Origin: Camelus ferus
Lineage: Eukaryota
Length of the DNA stretch: 64,000 nt
Direction of reading: 5' to 3'
NCBI RefSeq assembly: GCF_009834535.1
Contig: NC_045707.1
Coordinates: 54,066,001-54,130,000, forward strand
The notes under the pieces are model-generated. The model had not been told where the DNA came from and did not search any database. It saw only the letters and a list, made by a program, of their open reading frames with translations. Both the position numbers and the translations under genes were made by a program. Positions 38,446 through 51,669 of the stretch are shown piece after piece. Numbering within the stretch: position 1 is the stretch's first letter; every line of letters begins with the position of its first letter.

Positions 38446-39477
38446 TAAACAGATGGCTATGGAAAATTAATAAGAAGACAAGGATTACAAATGTCACCTT
38501 GAAATCTAAAGTGATGGATCTAGACTTGAGTATCAAGTCCTAAAAGTCTTTAGATGGAAAACAAAGATTCAATCAGCTTTATTAAATGTATCATTTAATT
38601 CAGGCTTGAAATGAAAACTAGAGGCAGATTAGCAGGCATTGGTAAGACGAATATGGGGGAAGATATCAAGTGTATTTTATTGTTTGTATTTCTGTAATTT
38701 TTAAAATTTACATTGTGGCTTACGTTTAAATGTGGTGTTCATTCGTCATTATACCTCGATTGATGTTTATGTTATCTCTAAAACGGAAAAGAAAATTAGG
38801 GAATTTTCTACACTATCAGTCATTCCTGTAAGTGGTTCACCCATTAAGACCAAGGCTGCAAGGAATGTGCAATTACTGGTAGTTACTGGCAGTTTCCGGG
38901 AGAAAAGAAACATCGATACTAATTTTGCACTCAGCAAAAATTATAACCATCTCTTGGATTAATGAAATGCTAAGGTTCTTTCTGGCTTTATTAAGTATGC
39001 TCTTTCCTTTGCCTAAAACCTGACATTTTAAAGGTTTATGCCATACCACTCAACACTTCTAATATTTTTTCATATTTCTGCAAGATCTCATTCAAAACTA
39101 TCAAAGTTCAGGGTGTTTTTGTTTTGTTTTGTTTTGTTTTTTGCACTTTCTCCAATTCTGGCTTCTGGCCTCCAGAAAATTTATACAAATTAGAACTCTG
39201 AATATGCCTAGTTTCAGTGGTCTCTTATCTTGACTCCAGTAAATGATTCTTAAAGTTTACTTAGCATATTAATTAGCTAGATAAAAAGAATTTTGCTTCT
39301 AAAAGTTGTCATTAATGCAGCTGTCAAGCTGGAGTACATGCTCATGGAAGTGAGTCTGGAACCCTGTATTTTAGAGTGTTACCCTTTCCTGGTCTGAGCT
39401 ACTGAGTACAGACTATTAAAGACAGACAGTATCAAGTTGCCTGGTTTTAGGGGTGGTGGGAACTCGGAACGCCATTG

Positions 39478-39999
39478 TGTAACAGGGAAGAACAAATCTG
39501 ACTCTACATTAGACCTTTCCCTTTAGTCCTAGTCCTGGGCTCCGTTTCCTGTGCTTAGTCATGCTCGTTCTGCCCTTTTGCAAAAGGATGTCGCCTAGAG
39601 CCCGAAATATACAGGATAGACTATTCTCAAGACTCTGATCTTTAAGGGGATAACAATTTTCCTCTCACATATAGATAAAACGTTATGGAGCAGAGAATAA
39701 CATTTGTCTTGTTGGAGATTTACAGGAACCTCATGACCTGACCTACGTGGACAGATGCAAGAACAAAGGATTCGCACACCGAGAAGTTTGCAACAACTAA
39801 CCCCGCCCTACCCCACCCCTTCTTAGTGTGAAAGGAGCCTGAATTCTGACTTGGGTAAGAATACTTCTCTAAGACACTAGTTCCCCATCTTCTCAGTCTG
39901 CTGCTTTCCAAGTAAAGTTGTTATTCCTTGCCCCAACACCTCATCTCCAATTTACTGGCCTGTCATGTGGCAAGCAGAGTAATTTTGGACTGGGTAACA
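39478..39999 (+). mobile_element. ERV1-class solo LTR (MER41-like)
   Basis: tgtaaca...ggtaaca termini, agtaaagtt poly(A)-signal variant, approximate TSD attg/atta. Confidence 0.85.
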
Positions 40000-41029
40000 A
40001 TTATAAGACATAAAAGTGGTCAGAAATAAAGGGAAACAAGTTCACATTACTGCAACATCTATGCTATTCATGTGTTCACACACCATAGTATTACTTTAGT
40101 TTGTTTAAGACAATCTTACCAGCAGCCTTGGAAGTGATAACATACATCTACATATTGACCTAACCAAAGCTTCGCTCTGACAAAGAAAAACAAAATTCAG
40201 CAAGTATTTTTTCCAGGTATACTTGCTAATTCCTAATGTTTTAAAACTAAAAGAAAAAGTCTGTTGAAAGGACCATTTTTTAAAAATTGACTCATTTTTA
40301 CCCTCTGACAACATGAACCCCTATAAATGACAGAAACCTATGAAGCGGCTTCTGACTATGCAGATACATTCAAAAGGCTGGGATAAGGTGGAAAAAATTA
40401 TCCAATTTAAAAAAAAAAGAAGAATAAAAGAAAAGACTGTCTAGTTTTAGTACCGTTGAGGTTGATGGTTAAGTTAATGTTCAAAGACTTCATCAGTGTG
40501 AAACAGAGTTAAGATATTCAGTCATTTAACAACTTGAAACTCTAGAATGGTCTCTATCATTTATACATTTTTATTGTCAAAGTTTAAATGATGAATTTTT
40601 CACAAATTTAATACATGACAGAGGAGAAGGTGAGTTGAAGAATAAGTCCACAGTTTCTTAATATATTAAACCAGTTTTTCAATTGTTTTTTCACAAGCTG
40701 AAGACCACTAATACCTACCAATTTGTACTTGTGGTTTCTGAAGCCCTTCTTACCACCCCTTATCATTTTGAGGTATTAAAACCTCGCCCAGTTCTGCCTC
40801 CACCCCAGCTCTGCCATCATTTTTTTCCTCTCTACAAATGTAAAAATTAGAAAGCTCTTTCCTAGAAAAACTGCACAGAGAAACTTTGAGGCTCCTTGCT
40901 AAGTATGTTAAAGGATAAAAGCAAAGTGATCCAGCATGTATGTGTTCATTAGCAATGATTTAAACAGGACTCACTGTGAAAATATTAATGCTTCTCACCA
41001 ATGGACATCCTTCTATGCTAATAAAGACT

Positions 41030-41205
41030 TTATGTGCTGATCATCTGCTACATGCTTCACTCAAATGCTTTACAGACATTGTATAATTGAAGCCTCACCA
41101 ACACCTTCCAAGACTGCATGTTGTAATCACAATTTTACAGATGAGAAAAATGAGGCTTGTTGAGGTTAAGTAGTTTGCTCAAGATAAATAAGTAGATAGT
41201 TGCAG
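41030..41205 (-). mobile_element. MIR SINE
   Basis: attttacagatgagaaaaatgaggctt...gaggttaagtagtttgctcaag. Confidence 0.8.
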
Positions 41206-43084
41206 AGAATGTTTATGGTACTATCCAAAGGGAGGGACAAATAAAATGTAAAAATGGCTTCTCCCTTCCAGGATTTACCACAATCTATACAGCGCTGTAT
41301 ATAGTGCTGTTTTAGTTCAAGTGAATAATCTCTGAAAACTTCCTCTTCTCCCTGGCAGCCCTTGTATCATCATTATCCCCATAATTTATCTCACTACTTT
41401 CTAATTAGAACTGAGTAAAACTGGGGATTTGCCTCAGTATCCTTCAGTGTTACAATTCTATTTATACATTTTCATATATTTTCACCACTTTAATAGGGGC
41501 TTCCGGTTTAAGACCCACTTATCTTTTTATACCTTGAATTCTACTTATATATGGTTATTATGATTTTTTAATGGTACCATTTCTCCTCCCTGTAAGTTCT
41601 GGTACTTGCTAACCACCATTTTACTCATTTGGGCAGGGTATTTAAAAGTAAAAATCATCTTCCTCCAAAATCCTGGCCATATCTTCTTCTGAAGAATATG
41701 TCTGTTTTTAAGTAGTCATGAACCAGAATAAAATCTTAAGTATAACCAGAGCCATCATTAAAAGTTAATTTATGTAAGTGGAAAGGGTCAAGAGGAAGAC
41801 CAGATCCAGTGAGAAGGTGCCGGACAGTGGTTGGGCTGTTTAATTGGCAGAAAGAGAGGCTACAGGTGGAAATGGAGTTGTTCTCGTGAGAGATACAGTG
41901 CAGCCCAAACACCCCTTTGTGGCAAGAGGCACTCTGCTCTTCCGTCTGCAGCAACAAAGAGTTGGAGACCCCAATGGAGGCATTCACCTGCTTGTTACTG
42001 TTTGCCTACATTATAATGTGCAATATTATACCACTGTATAATTTTATATATATCTCACTGTATAATTATCTCAGATTCACAGTACAACACACAGGTAAGT
42101 TTCTGAAACACAGTGAACTATTTTAGTCTTTGTAAGCAATTAAGTAAATCGTGAAACATAAATCATGGCTCTCTGTTCCTGCGTCAAGGAAAAATCAATC
42201 CACTGCCTTGTAGGAAACTGAAAACAAAACTAACCCAGGAGTGCCATCTCGTGGAAAGATCTAGTATGGCCACAACAGGCTGTTAACTGTCCACAGGATT
42301 TTCTTAAAGTAAAACGAAGAAAATAAATTGGGGAGAGCCCGCTCTGTCCAGCAAAGGAAAGTCCTCGCTGATACCTAGCAATTAAGGAGAGAAATTGAAA
42401 CCTAGAGACATGGCTGGCATTGCCTCTTCTCTCCCCTCACGGAAAATTTACTACTCAGCTTAAAAGCAGCGAAGGAGGAGGAGGAGGCCTGCTGTGTGTC
42501 TCAGGAGTCCTACCTGCTGTGCCTGACCTGGGGCAAGAAGGCCCATGATACCGCACCCCGATTTCGGAGGGGTGGGTGGCGCTTACTGGGGTAACTACTA
42601 GGAGGCAGAAAAAACGACAAAGAAAATAACCAGGAGTTGAAAAAAATGCAGTTCCCACAAGAGAATCTGACAGTGGTGTAGATGAACGTAGTAAAGTGAA
42701 TTCTAGTAATGACTGTTAAGGGTTGTGCGAGAGAAAGGCTTGCCTGAGGGGAGCTTGCAAGTCCAGTGACTGCCCTTGGGGTGGGAGGTGAGGGGGCACT
42801 GGAATCCCAGGTATCCGCCTAAAACGCCTGCAAGGGGAAGGAGTCTGGCAAAGCCCTTGTGTGTAACTGTAAGTTGAGTTTTTATTTGCTGAAGTGCCTA
42901 TATTACTACATAAAGTTGTACATTGGAAAAGAAGTGTGAGGCTTTTGCCAAACATTGTATTTACTTAAACTTGATCCAGACGGGTGGGAAAGGGGGCTGT
43001 CTCTTGCCACTCTCTAGGTGGACTCCATAAGGAAACAGAGCCCAGAGTTTAGTACATCTAGATTTCACAGGCACGTATGAGAAA

Positions 43085-43205
43085 CGGGGGCTACCAGGCC
43101 TCCTCTGCTGAGACCTGGGGGTTGAGATGGGGTAGGACCCTGGGATTTACATTTTAAAAACACCCCCATTCTGACGCAGCTAGGGTGGGACCAAGAACTG
43201 AGAGT
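43085..43205. mobile_element. MER5-like fragment
   Basis: ggggtaggaccctgggatttacattttaaaaacacccccattctgacgcag. Confidence 0.5.
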
Positions 43206-43995
43206 TACTTTCGGCTGAGTCAAGGGCAGGCGAGCTGAGACCTCCTGTTTCTGAGGAAGCAAAAGGAACGCCGAGTGTCATGCTACTACTTAACATTTCT
43301 TTTATTTCCCCAAGTTGCAATTCTTATTAAATGTAAGTTTTATTAGTCATTTGAGAGGCTTTTGAATGGCATCTCCATATTTTAAAAAGTACATGTGTCT
43401 CCTAAGGACCTATAAAGTGGACAGAGTGGGGCAAATGTGCCAACAGCTTAGGAAAAGGAAACCCCTTAAGTGAGGGAGGTATTGCTAATAAGTGGGAAGG
43501 TTACGTTTTATTGAGAATACACATTTATGGTCACAGTTTTAAGTTTCGTTCAAGCAGCATGGCCAAGATTAAAGTTTATAATTAAATCCCCATTTTACAA
43601 AAATGTCAGTTTATTCAGTGGTTTTATGATTTAATTAATGACTAAGACATCGTATTTGAAGCACGAGTAGTTTTAGTAGTGAAGTACAGTTTAGATTACT
43701 AACTTGATGTTCCAGAGGGACAGCTCCCTCGTGAAAGAGCGATTCACTGTAAGGCTTCCTGACGTCCCAGCCTGTTCTCTCGTCACACAGTGTATGTTAT
43801 GCCTCAGTCCATGTGGTTTCCACGCAACTGTCTTAAAAGCAGCTGCTTCCCAATCTACCTCCCACCAAACACACACATGTTCTGTCTTATAGACCTGGTT
43901 CTGTATTTGTGCCGAGACTGTTAGAAAAACTCCTACACATGTCTCTACGAAGATGTGCCTTGTCTAATGAACACAGTGACTACCACCTGCCACAA

Positions 43996-43998
<3 letters not shown>

Positions 43999-44030
<32 letters not shown>
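43999..44030. repeat. (CA)16 microsatellite
   Basis: Read directly. Confidence 0.95.
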
Positions 44031-44031
<1 letters not shown>

Positions 44032-44409
44032 CTGGAACTAATAAGAATTATGTAGTGGAAAAGGGAAAAAAGGATGCAGACCCTAAAGACATGCAAAAAG
44101 CTTTACTGCACTGAGCTCTGGCCTGAGTGACCTCTGATAGAGATTTATTTTGGTGGAGAAGTGTGAGGACTCATCCCACACAGATGACTGCCTTTCCGCC
44201 TGCCAAGGAAAGCGAAAGGAAGAAAGGCGATGGGTCTGATTAGTAAGAATCCGGGGAGGACAGAGTCAGAGCATCATGTAATACACTGTTCTGATCTAAT
44301 ATTTGGTCAAAACTAAACACTTAAAAAGGATCACAAAATTCCTTAACAGGACACCCATTGGGTATACAGAGACTTTATAATAAAAACTCTTAAAAAGAGA
44401 CGTCTCATC

Positions 44410-44635
44410 AAATGTGAAACCTAATGTCCTAATGTAAACTATGGGCTTTGGGTGACTATCAAGTGTCCATGTAAGTTCACCGGTTGTAACCAGTGTACCG
44501 CTGTGGTGGGGATACTGACAACGGGGGAGCTATGCATGTGTGGGGGCAGGAGATAAATGGGGAACCTCTACCTTCTTCTTAACTTTGCTGTGAACCTAAA
44601 ACTGCTCTGAAGTCTTTAATTGAAAAAATAAACAA
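44410..44635 (+). mobile_element. L1MC-like 3' end
   Basis: cctaatgtaaactatgggctttgggtga...tatgcatgtgtgggggcagg...tttgctgtgaacctaaaactgctct. Confidence 0.85.
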
Positions 44636-44934
44636 CAGACCTCTGCTAAGTCTATAATTGGAACTAGGGTACCATACACACAGAGATCAAGAGAGAGACA
44701 AGAGAGATCGAGAGACGAAGAGAGAGAGACAGGGGTCGAGATTATGGAGAGAGAGAATGCACACACAGCAGCTCTGTGGCTTAGATCGGGCTGTGCATTG
44801 AGAGGACATTCAAGGATGAGCCGCGCTTTCAAGAAGCTTCTACTAAACGGGGAAATAAGACTTAACCAATGAGACAATAAAGTAATACGAAATAGCATGT
44901 GATTAAATAGCAAAGCAAAACTGAATGCTGCTGA

Positions 44935-45095
44935 GGATAGGGCACTGTCCTGTGATTTAAAACCTGGAGATGTAAATTCTAACCTCAGCTCTGCAGCCGT
45001 CAGCTGATGCTGACAAGTCCACTTGAATTCTTCAGACCTCAACGAAAAGTTGAACTGCATGGTCTCTTAAAGTTCTTTCCCCTCTAAATTCTAAG
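44935..45095 (+). mobile_element. MIR/MIR3 relic
   Basis: aacctggagatgtaaattctaacctcagctctgc...acaagtccacttgaattc...tctcttaaagttctttcccctctaaattcta. Confidence 0.55.
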
Positions 45096-46759
45096 GCTTT
45101 GATTTTAAAGATAATCAGACTAGGAGGAGAACAAATGTGTTTTCAGAGGATATTTAGAGAAAACAGAACTTGAAATGGGCCTTAAAACAAAAGTAGTTTC
45201 CAAAAAGTATCCAAGAATGGCAAGGAAGTTATCCAAACATGGAAAAAGTAACACGATAAAAATGGAATACGGTGAATGGTACAGCATACACACTTGACTG
45301 ACTTCATCTGAGTAGACAGAAGGTCCAGGTCAGAGACAGAAGTCAGATAATGAGGAGTTTTGGAAATCAGGGAAGGAATTTTGACAAACAACTCTAAAAG
45401 CCAATAGGAGAGACACAACTGGAGGGTAGCAGAAAGAACCGAATGCTAAGGAACTAGCTGTGGAAAGGAAGTAGAACAGAATTATATACGGAATCAAAGT
45501 GATGCCTTAATGAACCGGAGTTATTTACAAAAGGATTAACTGGTCAAACAGTATGTTTTGAAAAATATATATAATTGCATCAATTGAAGTTGATATACTG
45601 GTTCTAAGCTGCTCCCAAGCCAAAAAAGTCAAAATTTAAGACTGTTCTATTTGCTTATTTTGTAAACAAAAAATGGACTTTTACAATCAGTTGCACTTCT
45701 GCTCCCCAAATACTGTGTCCATACACACAAGAGGCACTGGGACAGCCACTGGTATTGCCAAAATTATGGGAAAATAATGAAATAGAATAATTATTTACAT
45801 TTTCTTAATATTGACAATTAATATACATTTTTGTAACAAAAAAAGTAACTTTAAAAAATGAATGTTTAACATAAGCACCAATTAAAACGTTGAAGTACAT
45901 GAGACTATTGATAGCCTCATGATTACAGATGAAATGTTTTGTTCTGTAACCTAGAGTCTCACTTTAAATATCTTCAAATTGCCTATAACTTCAAGTGTGA
46001 AAGGATCACCCTGTGTACATTTAAAAAGGGAAGCAGGAGAGGTTCTTGCCATAATGCCACAGAAATGAGTAAAGTTTGGCCCAATCAGAGACAGCTCAGT
46101 GAAAAATGCCATGTGCATGGATAGACTGTAAAAACAAAAAGAAGCAAGCCATAGAGAAACACAATTAATCTTATGCAGAGGAGCTAAGAGGAAATGTAAG
46201 AATTCAGCACCTCCTCCATGTGAAAAACGACTAAGCCAAAACTGGTGAGTACCCGCTGTGCCACGTAGACAGGAAGCCACATGCACCTAAATCATAGCAA
46301 GCTATTAAGTTAAATGTGCATTTACTCTATGGGTTGTTTCCAGATACAAGAAAGTAATACAAAACATGGGAAAGCTATGTGATGGGTTTTCATGGTCAAT
46401 TTAGAGACAGCAAAGTAAGTCATCTCTGAGATGAACCTGTCAAATGTAAAACGACGGATAACAGTGCTCAGAGATTTAGATGAAAAATATTTAATCAGTA
46501 GCCTAAGACAGAGTCATAAATTATAAAGAATTAAATATTAAATACGTGATCATCAAAATGCTTCTCTTTAAGAAATTATAATAGTTTGTGTTGATTCTTA
46601 TATCCTCATTATAAAAATTCTAAACAATGCAGAGGGCAGTTTCATCAAATTTAATAAAACTTTAAACTGTAAACAACCAACCAGACTACTGCTACCTAGA
46701 AATAACCTTTTTATCTTTTGGTGAACATCATTATAAGTATGTTTTTATTTATTTATTAG

Positions 46760-47395
46760 ATATAAACTGTTTCAGCTTTTTTGAGGTATAATCAACACAC
46801 ATTAAAATGCACTAATTTAAAATATATAATGTGATGAGTTTGATAAATGAAGACACTGTGAATGAAAAATACTGCAAACCATATCAGTAAACAAAGACTG
46901 CTGTAACCATCAAGTCATCAGCGGCTGCTGCCACCCCACAGTGAGGACAGGCCTGCAGCCCAGCCTCTGCAGCCACTCACAGTGGTGCCCTCTGAGGGGA
47001 CTCAGAATAAGAAAGGATAGGATACTGGCCCTAGATAGCTAGGTGCTTGTCAAAGGAATGAATTCAGTGAGCCCAAATGTTTGCTTCCTCCCATATATTG
47101 AAGAGCGCTAAATTCTTCAACTTGAGATGCCTGGTTTTCCTTAGTTAACAAGTAATCTTAATGTTCCAACTACCTGGTCTTTGTTGTAAAGCTCCTATAT
47201 ATCCTAGCTCCTCCCCTACCTCTTCAGAGCAGGCCCTCAGAGCGATCTGAGAGGCTGTCATCCTGGGCTCTAAGGAGTTTGAGTCCTCAGAAATGTCTGC
47301 CAAATTAATCATAACTCTCAACTTTCAGGCTGTGTGTTTATTTTAGTCAACAACACCCATGAAACTGTTACTGCAATCAAGGTAATGATATACAA
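46760..47395 (-). mobile_element. Old L1M 3' fragment split by an LTR
   Basis: cagctttttgaggtataatcaac...gatgagtttgataaatg resumes after the LTR as acacccatgaaactgttactgcaatcaag. Confidence 0.7.
46857..47352 (+). mobile_element. ERV1-class solo LTR
   Basis: TG...CA termini, TATA-like cctatatat, exact 4-bp TSD acac (46853-46856 and 47353-47356). Confidence 0.88.
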
Positions 47396-47505
47396 AAAAA
47401 TTTGAATATATATGTTCATTATTTTGATTGTACATTTAATAGACACAAAGATTTTTCTGTAAGCCTTCAAATTTAATCAGCCTTAAAATCCTAAAAAGTT
47501 GGTAT

Positions 47506-48129
47506 TGAGACAGGAAGGGGTCAGGGCACAGCCACTCAAGGAACGCTACAGCAATTAACATCAAAATGGTGGAAGAGTCAACCCCCAGTAGGCCCTGAGG
47601 CTCAAGATGGTGGGAGATTTCACTTCTAGCAGATCTTGAGCTTCATTATATGCCCATTGTAATTTATTAACATGGTGAATAACACCCCCACTGGCACCAC
47701 TGCAGTCCCAAGGCTAGCCACAAAAGGTCAAAGGGTGGGAAATGGCCAACTTCCTGGGAATCCCAGCCCTTTCCCCAGGCTACTTAGACTGGTCCTTCCA
47801 CTTATTAGCACATGAAGCCACCAAGCACATAAAAACTAGCAACACAGCGCCTTGCAGCCGCCCCTCTCTCTCCCACTTCGGAAAGGCCTGAGCTCTGTCT
47901 ATGGAATGTGTACCTACTTTTAATCTGAGCACCCAACCCCCACACCTCGCGACCTTTCTCTTGCCTTTCATTGTATCTCTGAATAAATCTACCTTCACTC
48001 AACTGAGGCTCGCTCTTGAATTCTTTCCTGCCCGAAGCCAAGGACCCATACCTGGTGGGGCACATCCTAGGCTCAACCAAAGCCTGGGACAAGGCCCTCC
48101 TCATGCCCCACATCCATTTTCCTGCATCA
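47506..48129 (+). mobile_element. ERV1-class solo LTR inserted in a MIR
   Basis: TG...CA termini, cataaaaa TATA-like box, gaataaatc poly(A) signal, exact 4-bp TSD gtat (47502-47505 and 48130-48133). Confidence 0.9.
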
Positions 48130-48133
48130 GTAT

Positions 48134-48250
48134 TATTCTTATACCCACTTTAGAATAAGAAAATTAAGGTGTAAATGGGTTAAGTAAATTCCCAAGGCCA
48201 TACAAATAATAAGTGTTGATCTGAATTTCAACCTAAGCATTCTAGAATAT
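48134..48250 (-). mobile_element. MIR SINE (remainder after LTR insertion)
   Basis: cccactttagaataagaaaattaagg...ggttaagtaaattcccaaggccatac. Confidence 0.7.
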
Positions 48251-48747
48251 AAATTATACATTTAAATAGGATCTGTATTTGTATATACTGATAGAAGCGG
48301 CAAACAGATACAATTCTTTTTACCAAAAATTTAAACCCATGAAAATTATATTTTAAGGTAAAAATAATTTTATTTTACTTAGATTTCAAAATATATAAAC
48401 AAAGATAGAAATGAAGGAATCATAGAACTTGAAATAAATTTTCCTTCACCACTAAAGATATTATTTCTACAAGATCCCTTAAGTTAAAAAAAATAAATTC
48501 CTATAAACACTTAACAGAATAAAGGGAAATTGTGCCTCTCATTTGGTGTATTTAGCATCCCTTAGGGACTTAGGACGAAAATATTTAAATCTAACAGAAA
48601 GACTGTGTGAAATATCGGTTGCACAAAAATCACCTTCTGGGAAGCTCTTTCTCCGGAAGGCAGTTTAACTATGAGGCTGTAATGAGAGACCAGGGACAGT
48701 CAGAGAGAATGTGACATAAAATGTGTAGGAAGAAATTCTCAAATGTA

Positions 48748-48955
48748 GGTCGTGGTTGAAGTAGGGGACAATTTTGTGCCCCGGGGAACATTTAACAGGG
48801 TCTGGAAAAATTTCGGTTGTCATAACTTGAACCTTTCTGGCATCAGTGGGCAAAGAGCAGGGATGCTACTAAACATCGTACAGTGCACGGAACAGCCTCT
48901 TTGTTAACAATAAAGAACTATTTGGGCCCCAAAGCCGATGCCACTGCAGCTGACT
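48748..48955 (+). mobile_element. MER20-like hAT-Charlie DNA transposon
   Basis: ggggacaattttgtgccccggggaacattt...tctggaaaaatttcggttgtcataact...cagggatgctactaaacatc...aaagaactatttgggccccaaa. Confidence 0.85.
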
Positions 48956-51669
48956 ATGTCTTGAGGGAGGAGAAGTCATGAGCAGAGCAAAGCCATGGGC
49001 AGAACAAAAGAGAGCAGGGACATTTAAGTGGTAGAAGCAGTGACAGTAAAAGCCGAAGCAGAGGCAGACTTAGTGACTGCCTGCAGTGGCAGAGATCTTG
49101 TGCAGAATAGAAACCTACTTCCTAGAAGACGACAGGGGTTATCAGAGAAGAACCAAGTCTCCAGAATTATCCTGGACCCTGATTCACATTTGAGTTTCCC
49201 TCACAACCTGCTGAGACATGTTTCCTGCTTTACTTAGAGGTGAAACTGAGAAATAAACGTCTCTCTCCTGCCATGCATTGAGCATGCCTTTTATTTTTTT
49301 TGAAAACTGCAAAAGCCTTAAAAGAATCTCCAAGCTTGATGAATTATATATTACAGTCCAATGATGTTCAGTATCAAATATACATATAATTTCTAATAAG
49401 AGATTTCCTTAAAATCATTCATTCATTTCACCAAAATGTGTTCAAGTTGTTTCCCACATATATTATTGTTCTCCTGTACATGATAAAATTAAACTTACAG
49501 AACTGGTACTGTCTGATCCTTAAACAAGATCTTTAATAACTATTGAGTTAAATTAAGATTATTTAATATTAAAACAAAGAAAGATTACCATCTCCTACTA
49601 TTATTAAAGAATGAGACAAAAAGTCATATAAAACTCTTCACAATCCCAAACAAAAATTATTACTATTGTCTTGATATGAAATACAATGCTATAATTTCTA
49701 ATATAAAGTTATAACAAAAGTCCATACTTTTAATATGGTATCACTTTTCTGATATTTCTGAAAGCCTGTGATGTAATTTTACAATTTTGGTAAATTAAAC
49801 GCTTGAACAATCTCAGTCCTCCTTTTGAGATAAGTCTGCCAAATTCTTGCATATTGGTTTATGATAACCTACTATGGTAAGTTATTTCAAATACATTTAA
49901 AATTACAATTTAGTATAATTATATCTAGCATCAGAAATTTTATTTTATTAATAAATCCTATTATGAGATGGAATCTCAATTATAATCTACCACTTATTAA
50001 ATGTCTGAACAAGAGAAAATTACATAATCTCTGTAAATTCTATAAAATGTGAATCATGGAGCCTATGTCCTAACTGTTAAAATAAATTGAAATAAAGCAC
50101 ATAAAGCATGAAACACAGAACGTGACAAATGTTAAATGCTCATAAATGCCAATTATTATTGTTGTTGGTACCTGTATTATCATGACATCAGAAAAATAAT
50201 TTTTATTTAGTCTAAAGTTTATTCAATGCAATAACAATAGCCACAAAGCTGTTTATTTGGGTCTATGACTAATTTACTGAAGTTTTTTTCTAAACCTACG
50301 GCTTATTTTAAATTTGACTCACCATATAAATTGGGTGGAAAAAAAAAACCTTCCAAAAATTGAAAATCAGTGACCTAGTTTTAAATATCACTCCATTTAC
50401 CACTGAAAGCTTGGGAAATGAAGGACCAAACCAGAACCAATTCTGACAACCCTTCCTTTTAGTCTGACAGCAGAGAAGAACTTGAGCCACAAAAGCGCAA
50501 TTCTTAATGATGCTGGAAGTCAAATTCCATTTCCATGTGACAGACAAAGGTGAGAGAGCGCTTGTCTCTGAAATTAAAATTTCCACAATAAAGTGTTTAT
50601 GAAGGTAATTGCTCCAAACACTGCAACAAATGGGGAAGGCACTGCCACTGATTACTATACTGGAGACAGAGAATAAGCACCCATTACTCCTAAGAGAAGA
50701 CCTGAAAAACATTAAGTTAATTGCCATTGAAATGCCAGCCCACGGGCTGAACTGGACTTCCAATTTTAGAAAATGAGTAAAAGTCTGAGTAATACTACGG
50801 TGTCCACAGGGGCCATAGGTATAGCTCTAAAAATTTCCAACAGAAATATTGGGGATCAGGGGTTGAGGAGAGGCCTATGTGAGTTTAAACTTAACCTAAG
50901 AGTTAAATAATAAAGTTATTAGAGAAGACTTTTCATTTCTTTATAACTCCATTTCTTTAGTGTCCATTTTTGTTACCTAAAGAACCACAAAGAGAATTAA
51001 GATTTTTCTGATTTTAGCCAGAGGAAAACTGTGGCTTATTCAGATTATTTGGCAAGTCTAAGAAAAAGAAAAGGATTCTGGCCATTATGTTTTTGGATTG
51101 TTATTCCAGTATGATGTTATTCCAACATGTTATAGCTCAGTGGTGTTTTTTGTTTTTTGTTTTTTATTTTTTTTGGAAGTACTCAGTTTCTTCTCAGGGG
51201 AAGAAAATTGTTCAGAATGTTCAAAGTAATTGTCAGGCAATTATGTTATTTAAAATTTTTCAGAAGGTGCTTTCCTGAACAACTTAGCAATGTGGAAGAA
51301 AAGCTTAATTTCAAACTCTAGATTAAGCTGTTATAGTTCTAAAAAATTTCAATCAGATCCAGAAAGATTGTATAATTCTTCTTTATTTGCAACAGAGATC
51401 TCTTAAGGAAGGTAGATTTTGAACAGTGATCTCCCTGTGAAATGTAGACTGAATTAACTTGACAGGTCAAGTCAGAAACAAGGCCAGCTGCCCAGGGCCC
51501 CTTTGTGTTTCTGTGTTTAAAGATAACATTATAAATTATGTGCTATAAAATTGATTTTGACTACCCAGAGGGAAAGAAAGAAAAGTATTTTGAATATTTC
51601 AAAGAGGAAAAATTATTTTAATTTTTCTTTATATCTAGTGCTTGTTTTTAATTTATAGTCCATAGTCCA

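Noticed and set aside
44596..45060. 154-aa minus-strand ORF, the longest in the window
   Set aside because: Spans a MIR relic, a GA-rich tract and an L1 end; no recognisable domain
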